Source of the DNA: Eledone cirrhosa
Lineage: Eukaryota
Length of the DNA: 64,000 nt
Reading direction: 5' to 3'
Assembly (NCBI GenBank): GCA_964016885.1
Contig: OZ024741.1
Span: 63,364,001-63,428,000, forward strand
The notes beneath the pieces are model-generated. The model did not search any database and was not told where the DNA came from. It saw nothing but the letters and a program-made list of their open reading frames with translations. The translations under genes and the position numbers were made by a program. Numbering within the stretch: the first letter of the stretch is position 1; the number at the start of each line of letters is the position of its first letter. Of this stretch, positions 52,304 through 64,000 are shown piece by piece.

Positions 52304-52875
52304 AAATACTTCCTCCCCAGCTGCATAGTATCAAACCTAAACTTCCAGGTTAGGTTTGATACTGGATTTTGATGCGTGATTTATTTCACGAGATTTATTT
52401 CTCACCAACATCATCACAATATCTTTCAATCTCTTCCTAAAAATCCATAACTATGCATCAATGATTAGATATAAATTATTATCCCCTTGCAGCGTCATTT
52501 GTTATAAAGTAAATAATTCATAGAGATGTGAATTTATATTTAACAATGAATAGTCTACCAAGGAAAGTTCATATAACAAAGGCAAAACGATATATAATGA
52601 AAGGTCCGATAAAATGTATATCAAAATGATTTAACTATTGGAGGCTTACACACACTGATTAAAAACAAAACATACATTTACACTCTCGGCCAGGGTCACG
52701 CATACACACACCACATAATATGCCTGGAAATTATTCACACAGATAGACACAAACAAAGAGAGAGATATGTGCATGTATGTGCATATATATATATATATTG
52801 GGTCGTTAAGTATGAAATTTGTAGACATTTGTAGAAAGAAGAACAAATTCCTACAAATTTCATACTTGACGATCC

Positions 52876-52917
<42 letters not shown>

Positions 52918-52918
<1 letters not shown>

Positions 52919-52990
52919 AGTGGTTACATACCAGTTAGTTCACCATACCCAGAACAATTGTTTCGCCTTAGCGGATCCTCAGCTCGTAAT
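52918..52990 (-). ncRNA. Isolated ~75-bp family A HHR insertion
   Basis: cgag CTGAGGA tccgctaaggc GAAA caattg tt ctgg between (TA)n tracts. Confidence 0.7.
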
Positions 52991-53455
52991 ATATATATAG
53001 TAATAATAATAATAAATGTGAAGACTAAAGTCTAAAGAAGGCTCGATAGGGATAAATATATATCAAATATATATTCTTTGCTTAAACTTTAATATGTTAT
53101 TTTAATATATATATATATATATAATATATATATATATTGCTTTTGAAAACAACTGGTGATATGCATGTAAGTAAATATTCTCTTTATCTGATAGTTTGTA
53201 ACTAACCTTACATAGATCAATTACTGATTATTATCCAATGTATTATCATCATCTAGAAAGGACCGTAAAGCAGTGAAGTATATCTCTAATGAGTTGATTT
53301 TTTATTTCATTGTTTTAACTTATATCATGAATTCTGTTTTCCTTTTAATGTTTTATTGTTTTCCGAGATTTATCTTAACCTACAACATTTTCAACATATG
53401 GATTACATCAAGTTCTTCATGTAGAATAGACCCCACAACTTACTGTGGATACCTC

Positions 53456-53523
<68 letters not shown>

Positions 53524-53566
53524 TAAATATATATATATATACATATATACATATATATATATATAC

Positions 53567-53733
<167 letters not shown>

Positions 53734-53794
53734 TATACAATATATATATATATACATATATATATAGATATACAATATATATATATATACAATA

Positions 53795-56065
53795 TATTAA
53801 TAAATGGAAACTATATTTATAAAACCATAATTTTTTATTATATATATTTCAAGGGCGACCAAGGTAAATTATGGTGCGCTTTCATCAGATAAAATACAGA
53901 TTTGTTTTATAAATAAATATTGACATACCCGGAAAAAGACAACCTCAACGGTTGAAATTCGCTGGATAGTGGAGACAATTGAGGATGATACAAATTTGTG
54001 AGTGAGTATGCAAATGAGTGTCGGAAAAATTGAAAAAAACAACGGTTTATTTAAATTAAACAGTTGGAAGAAAATAGATGTAAAAGGGAGAGAGACGAGA
54101 TAGATTTAAAAAGGAGAGAGACAAAAAATTGAGAGGGGGAGAGATAAAGAGAATAGATAAAGAGAATAGAAAGAGAAAGAGAGAGATAGAAGAAAAAGAG
54201 AAAAGATATAATATTGAGAGAGAGTGAAGGAAAGAACAAATAATTGAGATGGAGAGAGAAATAAAAAAGTATTGTGCGGGAGAGAGAAAAGAATGTTGAA
54301 AAAATATTGGAAAAAGGGGGAGAAGGAGTAGTGAGAGGGATGGAGAAGAAAGGGAAAGATGGGCGAAGTGAGAGAAGAAATAAATATATATAGATGAGTA
54401 GTCAAAATGTAAATATATTATTCGTCGTTATGTTGTGTTTATATTACTTATAAAGATAAAGTTAAAAAATTAAATTAAATTATTGATAAGAAAACTTTAC
54501 AAAAGAGTATTGTTATAATTTAGTTAAAAATTTAACCAGAAATTTAATTAAAATTTATTAGAATTTAATTAAAATTTAAATAATTACAATAAGATATATT
54601 ACAAAAAGAAGTATTTAAAATTTATTAAGATGTATTAACACTATATAGGTTTAGATGGGTATTTTATGTTATAGGTTATAAATTATTTGAATGTATAATA
54701 TTTTGCATTGGAAAAAAAACAAGTATAGTTTAATTGATTAAAGTAAATTTGGCAAAATTATATTTAGCCAGAGTTTATTAATAGCTGTAAGTCAAATCTT
54801 AAGCATCAAATATTTATGAAGATTTAGGAGAGTTTAGAAAGGAAAAATTATTTAATTAGGAGTATATATTAAAACAGTTTACAGTTTCGACTATAAATTA
54901 AGACTATAAAGATTGAGATATTAAAAATAATAAGGAAGTTTAAAGGAAGTTAAAAAGGGATTTTTTTAAAAAACCCAAATGATTCAAGGATAGATAAAAA
55001 TCACTACGAAAGTTATAAGAAGTTATAAAAATTCATCTTAAAATATAATTAAGATATGATTAAAATATAAGACATAATTATTGCACATATATATAAAAAT
55101 AATATAAATGATTGGATATATATGGAAATACATAAGTATTAAAAATAGTTGGATATATAAGAAAATACATAAGTATTAAGCATGTTTAGAATATCTAGGA
55201 GTAATGGAAATTCATATCTTTCAAAAGAACTCTTCACAAATTTAGTCATAAATTTTACAAAAATATCCAGGAGGTGTTTCGAAGGAAATTTTTAGAATTT
55301 TCCAAAATATTCTCATAAAAGAATTTCTGGAGAGTGCGATAATATAAGTATTAGAAAGTAAAGTTTTTAACGAGTAAATTAAAATTAAAATTAAAATTAA
55401 TTAGTGTACTTTATATATTTAGGAAGATTAGAATCTATATAATCTGAGGGAAGAGATTATAGGTGTTTGGATGAAGAAAAACGTTATGTAAGGAAGAATG
55501 AACATATATTACATTTTATATATATATCTAAAAGTTGAGATTAACCGATGTTTACAAGAACTAAATAAATTATTCCGCAAATTTACAGAGTTCTTAGATT
55601 TTAGTATAAAGAATATTTCCTCTACACAAAGACTACAATATTTGGATAAAGCTGTGTAGCATGGTGCTTTGGAGACAATTTTCCAAGATAAAGAGTAGTT
55701 TATATTCTTCGATTTTAAATTCCATAATAAGTTGGATAGAGAAGTTGAAGATTTCTTGGTAATATTCGTAAAGGAATATTTATGGTTATTGAAACGAGAT
55801 TTGATGTCTGTCGAAGTAGAGCCGACATAGTTGAAGGAATTATCTTTGGTTTTGACATTACAATTGTATACTATATTTTTAACTAAACAGTTATTATTTA
55901 GAGGACAGTTAGATTTATTTCTACAATTACATTTATCAGAATTTATATTATTGGGAGCTGTCTCATTATATTGGATATTGCTAGAGGTATTAATGCTATT
56001 CTGGTTAAGTTTTAAGTTTCTATTATTAATTCTATTAATATTCTGCGCTAAATTCATAGTGGTAG
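53795..56065 (-). mobile_element. 5'-truncated Naiad-like PLE (GIY-YIG 55509-56065, ~1.7-kb 3' UTR)
   Basis: CNCRNKSNCPLNNNCLVKNIVYNC..YVGSTSTDIKSRFNNH..CSLCVEE; same family as 51115-52303. Confidence 0.88.
53833..53894 (-). ncRNA. Minimal hammerhead (family F) at the PLE 3' end
   Basis: ttttat CTGATGA aagcgcacca..tggtcgccctt GAAA tatata ta ataaaa. Confidence 0.8.
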
Positions 56066-56469
56066 TGTATGTGTGAGCATGGCCGAGAGTGTAAATGTAT
56101 GTTTTGTGTTTACTCAGTGTGTGTAGCTGCAATAGTTAAATCATTTGTATATACATTTTATCGAACCTTTCATTATATATCGTTTTGCCTTTGTTATATG
56201 AACTTTCCTTGGTAGACTATTTATTGTTAAATATAAATTCACATCTCGATGAATTATTTACTTTATAACAAATGACGCTGCAAGGGGATAATAATTTATA
56301 TCTAATCATTGATGCATAGTTATGGATTTTTAGGAAGAGATTGAAAGATATTGTGATGATGTTGGTGAGAAATAAATCTCGTGAAATAAATCACGCATCA
56401 AAATCCAGTATCAAACCTAACCTGGAAGTTTGGTTAATGATCCTTGCAATGCAGCTGGGGAGGATGTAT

Positions 56470-58158
56470 TTCAGCGATATACTGGAGACTATAATGTCTA
56501 AATAGAAATTATTCATTGCCGAATATACCACGAATCGTCCGATTTCAGTGTAAAATATTTGCATTATCTACACACCGGCTCTAGGTACCGTACCTTCGAT
56601 AAGCTTACAGAAGAAGACGCAACAATTCAAGAAATTAAACCAATGTGATTCTATAACCCCATGTACCGGACATTTAAATGATTAATGATGCTGGAAAAAC
56701 CCTGCTTCCTAGAAGTATGTCATTCGATGTATAAGTTAACTTCAAACAATAGGAGGTGGTATGTCGCATATAGTAGAGAGTAACATTTCCAAAGCATACA
56801 ACTAATACTAAGATATTTTCTTAATCCAAATTTAGTGGTTAGAATGCAAAGGGTGTGAGAAAATGATGAATAGATTAATGAAGAATGGTCCGAAATGGAA
56901 ACAAATTAATGCACATAGGGCAAGTACAGTAATTCTCCCCTGAGAAGTGAGGTTATCATAAAACCAAGGTATTTTGTGATACTCAACCAAAACATGATCG
57001 GTAGCCTGATGAAATAATGATTAAAACTTAGATTTCATTGGGGCTTTCAGATTATAGTTGGGGTGATTGAGGACTTGGATGAAGTCATATTTTTTGTTGA
57101 ACTAAGCCGTTATTGCACTTGGTGTTAAAGACGAAGAAATGTTTTAATGATTATAAGATCAGTATTAGTTTGAAAAGAAAGTACGGCCTACATACTTTGA
57201 ATCTTGCAAACTAACAATTCATATTTTTCCATAAGTAGTTGTGAAGTCACGAAAAATGATTAAAGCATATTGCAGTTGGCTGTAGTAAGTATGTCTTGTC
57301 TCAGTTGTTCTAGTATCAGAGCTCATTAATTACAAGATCTGATCGGACTTTTATCCCACCCCTAATAATGAATCCACCTTTGTTTTCCAAAAATAGATCT
57401 TAGAGGTGGGTGGCAACAAAGATATCCGTACCATTCAAACCATGTAAGTTACATATTAAACGTGCAACAAAATAAAAAAATATTTAAAAACATATCAAAA
57501 ATAAAATATATCAGAATGATATTTTTTCGTACAACTAATAAGAAGGAATTGATCTTGAAAACCACGGTTATTTTGGATTGTCTGGAAAACGCAGCCATGA
57601 CTATTAATCATGAGAAATATCTATTTAAACATAACTAGATATCATTTGAGCATAATCTAATTCAAATGAAGACTTTATCCTGATGACCATTTCTGTCCAT
57701 AGAATGCTAGATCAAAGAAGAAAGAATGTGGGTTCTTTTAGCATCGTTAAATTTTGATGGGTCAATATTTGCAAAACTAATCTGAAATTATTGAATCATC
57801 AGCAATATTTCACAAGAAATATATTGACTTCAGGTGAACAAATATTTTGATAAGAGGATTCAAAAAGTTCAATAAGTCCTTTTGCTTCGAATATTACCAT
57901 AATCCTACTCTAATCAAATAATAATGTCACGCCGACAGCTGCAGCTAGTAAGAAGTCTATAGAAGAAATGTTATTACTGGATAACCACCCAAAGATGTAT
58001 CAATGAGGTTATTCGATGCTGAATACAATAACTACAAATATTGTGGGGATTGTTACAAAGATTCAGTAGAAGCCAAATTTGACATGTGTTCGAGGATTTC
58101 AAATGCAAAACATTTTGTTACTGCAGACAACATGATGGATATAGAAGCAAGAGAAAAT

Positions 58159-58160
<2 letters not shown>
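56470..58160 (+). pseudogene. Heavily decayed DNA transposase, possibly P-element/THAP9-like
   Basis: YKYCGDCYKDSVEAKFDMCSRISNAKHFVT resembles the P-type D-x-L/V-E-x-x-F-G..R..SG.N motif; the rest is degenerate. Confidence 0.4.
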
Positions 58161-58221
<61 letters not shown>

Positions 58222-58324
58222 TGTGTGTGCTAGGTAATTCCGAAGAAAAAGAGAAGAAAAAAGAGTGATCTATGTATAGAATAGAGCTATTTAATTAGTA
58301 AGTGAACAACACAATATATAACTA

Positions 58325-58392
58325 CTCCATTACTAAAGGTTTCAGGATCCTAGACAATATTAATATACGTCTGGATCGTTCATCAGACAGAG
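58325..58392 (-). ncRNA. Hammerhead (family H) inside a ~190-bp palindrome at 58290-58480
   Basis: ctctgt CTGATGA acgatccagac..gtctaggatcct GAAA cctttag ta atggag; the right arm repeats the stem II-to-3' half on +. Confidence 0.8.
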
Positions 58393-58502
58393 AACAATCC
58401 AGACGTGTATTAATGTCTAGGGTCCTGAAACCTTTGGTAATGGAGTAGTTATATATTGTGTTGTTCAATTTCTAATTAAATAGTATATATACATATACAT
58501 AC

Positions 58503-58806
<304 letters not shown>

Positions 58807-58829
58807 TGTTATACTTTGGGGGGGGGGCC

Positions 58830-59899
58830 TTGTTGCCAATAAGAAACACACGCACCAGTTGCTTTCACTCCAATTTATTATAAATTAAATTTATAAATTT
58901 AAGAAATTTATAAATTTCCGGTTCGTTGGTTCCACAGACGGACGGTTGTTCATATATTGTCCAATTCTTTCGTCACACATTCTGTGACCTCAGCAGTGAC
59001 CGAGGATTCTTTTCTTTGTTTTGTGCCTCTCCTTTGTTCTGTCCTACGCCATCTTGTTTTTGCGTGTGTTGTGTACTTAGATTGTGCATGTGTTACATCC
59101 GGGTTTCTGTGTGTGTTTTTATTTGTTTATTTATTTGTTTATTTACATGTTACTGGTTGGTTGTTTGTTCTATGTGTGTGTGTGTTTTCAATTTGTCCTT
59201 AATCGTAAGTTGTGATGTTGCTATTCCATTCATGTTTTCTATTTAATTTTGGTTGTACTTCATTTATGTTTATTGCCTCTGTGATTTGTCTAAACATTGC
59301 GTCTTTTCTGTGGGTAGATTTTATTTTTATTTCTATGTTCTCTAATTTGCCCTTATGTTCTATTTTAGCATGATGGTGGAGTGCTGATGAGTCTTTTCTA
59401 TCTTGAAGCTCTAGCCAGTGTTCATCTAATCGTTCTCCTATACAACGCGCTGTCTCACCTATGTACACTATATTCTTATCTTTACATTGTCCCTCAGTAC
59501 ATCTTATGCTATATACTATGTTTCTAGTTTGCTGTTAATATAGGGGCTTAGTTTACAGATTATGCATTTTTTATCTATACAGGGAGGTCTTTGAAAAGGG
59601 TATGTATTATTAATAAGTGTTTTTATGGCGGTACCTGGTCTTTCCACTATCTTAATATATAGATTAAGTTTATCTAGGGCCCTTCTAAATTGATGAACAT
59701 TACACTCTGGTATTTATTGCTATCATACCATGAGTTTATTCTATTCACCTTATTCCTAGTTCTTTCTATTCTATTCCAAAATTTGCTCGTATACAAGGGA
59801 CAGGTCCCATTTGTATCATTATTTACCATTTATTCCTAACAATATCGGTTTCAACACACGTTTTCAGATAAAGAATCTTGCTAAATAAATTCAGAAACG

Positions 59900-59900
<1 letters not shown>
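58830..59900 (-). mobile_element. Decayed PLE 3' part (GIY-YIG)
   Basis: NIVYSIRC..YIGETARCIGERLDEH..SALHHH..RQITEAINI..PKLNRKHEW. Confidence 0.85.
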
Positions 59901-59983
<83 letters not shown>

Positions 59984-60077
59984 CCATAAAAAACTGATAT
60001 GATGGTTATGCCATTAACCACCAACCCAAAATAAATATATATATATGTATATATATATATGTATGTATATATATATG

Positions 60078-60126
<49 letters not shown>

Positions 60127-60171
60127 ATAAATATACATATAGATGTATATATATATATATATATACATATA

Positions 60172-60212
<41 letters not shown>

Positions 60213-60227
60213 ATAAATATACATATA

Positions 60228-60287
<60 letters not shown>

Positions 60288-60305
60288 GATGTATATATAC
60301 ATATA

Positions 60306-60461
<156 letters not shown>

Positions 60462-60737
60462 TATATATACATACATCTATATATATATTTATATACATAC
60501 ATATATATATATACATACATACATTCATACATACATATATATATACATACATATATATACATATATATATATTTATTTTGGCTTGGTGGTTAATGGATAA
60601 ACATGATATCAGTTTTTATGGCCTTTTTAACGTATGTTCATTGCTCCGAATCATTCGTATCTATCGAACGCTTGCCAACACAAACCGAAGGTTGCTTTTC
60701 GCTCTGTCTCTTCTCGCCGAAATGCGATTCTCGTTAA

Positions 60738-60788
<51 letters not shown>

Positions 60789-60879
60789 AGTAGGAAAATA
60801 TATATGTAATAGGAAAATCTGCTTCGTAGAATCGAGACGTATCCGAAGACCGCGCGATTTCAGAGTCGGGTTTGGTCGG

Positions 60880-61634
60880 AGTCGGGTTTACCGAACATTT
60901 ATTATAATGTTCGGTTTGTTTGTAAACAAACAGCCCGAATTAAGCCGTACAGTGTTCGGCAACCATCGTGGCGCTTTTGTTCAACACTGACAAAGGAACA
61001 ATGAACTAGTTTCAAGCTTATTAGCTATCGTCAGCATCGTATACCTTCCTGTCAGATGATTGAACCTTTGAAAGTATATACTTTCTTTATGCATATTAAG
61101 CTTGTAACTAGTTCATCGTTTCTTTGTCAGTGTTGTACAAAAGGGCGACGATGGTTGCCGAACACTGTACGGCTTAATTCGGGCTGTTTGTTTACATAAT
61201 AAATGTTCGGTAAACCCATACGTACATATATGTATGTGTGCATGTATGTATATATATACATACTACTGTACGTCTGTATACATATATGTACGTACGTATA
61301 CATACTTACAATTAAGTATCAGCCGTACTAAGAGTGAGAAATGAAATTTCATTTCATTCTTTTCCATTTATCGTTTTCGGCACGCCCGCCCGACTGACTC
61401 ACTCGATATGCAAATTAGGCTGATCAGCCGTTAATATGCATAAGGAAAGTATATACTTTCAAACGTTCAATCATCTGACAGGAAGTTATACGATGCTGAC
61501 GATAGGTAATAAGCTTGAAACTAGTTCCTCATTCCTTTGTACGGTTTAATTTGGGCCGTTTGTTTACAAACAAAGCGAACATTATAATAAATATTCGGCA
61601 AACCCATACGTACATATATATATATATATATATG

Positions 61635-61688
<54 letters not shown>

Positions 61689-61800
61689 CATATATGTATA
61701 TATATACATACTACTGTACGTCTGTATACATATATGTATGTACGTATACATACTTACATTTAAGTACCAGCCGTACCAAGAGTGAGGAATGAAATTTCCA
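60880..61800. repeat. Multiply inverted non-coding repeat (family G) with HHRs
   Basis: Segments recur in both orientations and also at 49895-50475. Confidence 0.75.
60998..61040 (-). ncRNA. Minimal hammerhead (family G); mutated copy 61490-61532(+)
   Basis: acgatg CTGACGA t-agct-aata-agct-t GAAA ctag tt cattgt; palindromic stem III ACTAGT. Confidence 0.85.
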
Positions 61801-61810
61801 GTTATATATA

Positions 61811-61886
<76 letters not shown>

Positions 61887-63253
61887 AGATGTGAGAAAAA
61901 CCACAGACCATCCATCTCAACTCTACTTTTGAAAAGCAGAAGAACTGCGAAACCAGTAAAGGAACCAAATAAATATATATATTTTTTTTTTAAATAAGAG
62001 TCCAGGTGCATTTTCGATTTCATCTTTTTTTCTTTATACTTTCACTCATGTAGGACACCTCGGTTATTTTTCATTTTGTAAAAAAAACCTCACTTTGTAA
62101 TATATATATATACAGAATTAGCCGTCGAAACGGCTTGAGCTCAGCCGTCGGGGTCCTACTCGTTCCTATATATATGCATTTACTAACAGGGGAAAATGAA
62201 CACTAAATGATGACAATGACGACCTCTATGTTCACATATTGAGGGCTCATTCTTTAACAATATGAAGAACAATTACAAAATGATAATATATGTGCGTGTA
62301 TATATATATATACATGTGAGTGTGTATATATGTGTGTGCATATATGCGTGTGTATATATATACACGTACATACACACACACACACATATATCTATATATT
62401 TAAAAAGAGAGAGAGATAAACAGACAGATAGATAATAGCTTATCCTAAGAATGAAAGCATTTCATCAAAATGTTATTATTCAGGTGAAACCTAATATTTT
62501 TTCCACTCATTTTTTCTGCAAAAGGATTATTTTAAAAAATGAGAGGAAATTGAAACAAAAAAATTCTATTATTATTAATACTAATATTATTATTATTATA
62601 ATTATAAAGTTTTCCAATGAAATGTTAAAGCATCAAAATGAGAAAGTGTTCACACCATTTTAGCCATTCAAAAACACACAAAAACTATTAAATTTACTAT
62701 ATATATATATTTCGTCATGTCAGAATTGCATTGTTCTCTTTGTGAATCTCACTGAAACAAGTTTACTGCAATAGAACTGTGTCGGTGACCAGGTCACGAA
62801 CTGGAAAATGCTGACGCCAAATAATAAATGACATATGTAAGTGTGTGTGTGCGTGATGTGATGTGTTGTTTTTAATGACTAAAATGACACTTCCATAATG
62901 TATATAAATGTATGATTAGGATAATCTGAACCGACACAGTCTCAGATCCAGTCACTTGCCAGACATGTACAACTCCAAAATCATCTATGGTTGGTTCTTA
63001 TAACTTAATCTAAAATTATTACTATTATTATTTATTTTTTCTTGTAAATGTCCCACTCCCACCAAACCCCTACCTCCACACACATCCACGAAATTTTATG
63101 AAAATAATGAGATATGAGAAAGAAGAGAAGAAAAAGGTGAGAGAAATGCAGTCAAATTGTATGTTTTGAGCAGCAATACATGACCTAGATGCACACAGAT
63201 AATAAAAGGAAAATATAATGGAAGAAAAAAAAAAGAGAATGGTTTCACTTCAG

Positions 63254-63300
<47 letters not shown>

Positions 63301-63302
63301 TA

Positions 63303-63993
63303 GTGGTAGAACACTGGAAGGTAATATCCGTAGTGGTAGAGCACTCAGTCCATGGGACGAGTTAGATAGAAGTGGTTAAACAACAGTTAGTTCACCATAC
63401 CGAGAACAATTGTTTCACCTTAGCGGATCCTCAGCTCGTAATGGGCATGGTTATACGTAACAAGAAGGACAACCGTACGAACGCGCATGCGCAGAAACGA
63501 TCACTTCACACAGGCAATACTAAATTGCGTGCGAAAGTCCGAAAGTTTCTAGTTGATAAGAAAATTAGGATGTTGTTGTAATTCAATCCGGAGCTTTGTA
63601 ATTACGTAAGAGGTGTTTCCAGACGTATGGACAACGTGTGAAGAATTCATTTCTCGTGTTTAGGCAATCACTATTGCGTAATCTCTATAGAATATTTATT
63701 CGTTCATCAATACATAGTCCACACGACCTATTGCCCCATTGTGTATGGCTTGGACTTAGTCATGGCTTTCCATTGAATGGAGTAGTCTATACTTGAGTCC
63801 TTGAGGGACCATTCGTGGCTCGCGAGTTTCGTGGATGAACGTCTGTCCGGGTATCTAAAGATCGACTGGTGGTTCATGAAGCGTTCCTTAAATCGGCCCT
63901 CCGCCATACCCACATAGGATTTTACCTCCTGTGGTTGGTTTGGTCGGTTGGAAGTGACCACAGTATGGCGGAGGGCCGATTTAAGGAACGCTT
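63303..63993 (-). mobile_element. 3' fragment of the family A PLE with a short 5' inversion
   Basis: Matches 2068-2685 in reverse; 63963-63993 is an inverted piece (gtatggcggagggccgatttaaggaacgctt). Confidence 0.9.
63401..63438 (-). ncRNA. Minimal hammerhead (family A), intact core
   Basis: cgag CTGAGGA t-cc-gctaa-gg-t GAAA caattg tt ctcg; palindromic stem III ACAATTGT. Confidence 0.78.
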
Positions 63994-64000
63994 GTGTGTG

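Noticed and set aside
58960-59002. HHR-like CTGCTGA-ggtcaca..tgtgac-GAAA on the minus strand in a PLE 3' UTR
   Set aside because: Core A6 is mutated and there is no convincing stem III or cleavage triplet; at best a dead relic.

Overview
AT-rich eukaryotic repeat region with no host gene that I can support. The microsatellite load and SINE/LINE tails suggest an octopus-like cephalopod (inference). It is a mosaic of transposons, most inserted in (TA)n or (TAA)n tracts: (i) Penelope-like elements (PLEs; Naiad-like and Neptune-like RT/GIY-YIG remnants) and many short palindromic PLE-type insertions; (ii) an intact 1130-aa Dong/R4-type RLE retrotransposon in a cluster at (TAA)n; (iii) two CR1/L2-group LINEs and an RTE-like tail; (iv) tRNA-derived SINEs; (v) a decayed Helitron/Helentron carrying a 2A-like NPGP motif and a C-terminal USP (peptidase C19) domain. 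The main hidden signal is RNA. Reading by eye finds about ten distinct families of minimal type I hammerhead ribozymes (HHRs), including U3-A8 and CCGANGA core variants. The most striking is a near-perfect 310-bp tandem array (35477-39830) with 14 HHRs in two divergent arms, which looks like a non-coding, circRNA-derived retrozyme. All structure calls are manual, and no ribozyme activity is demonstrated.
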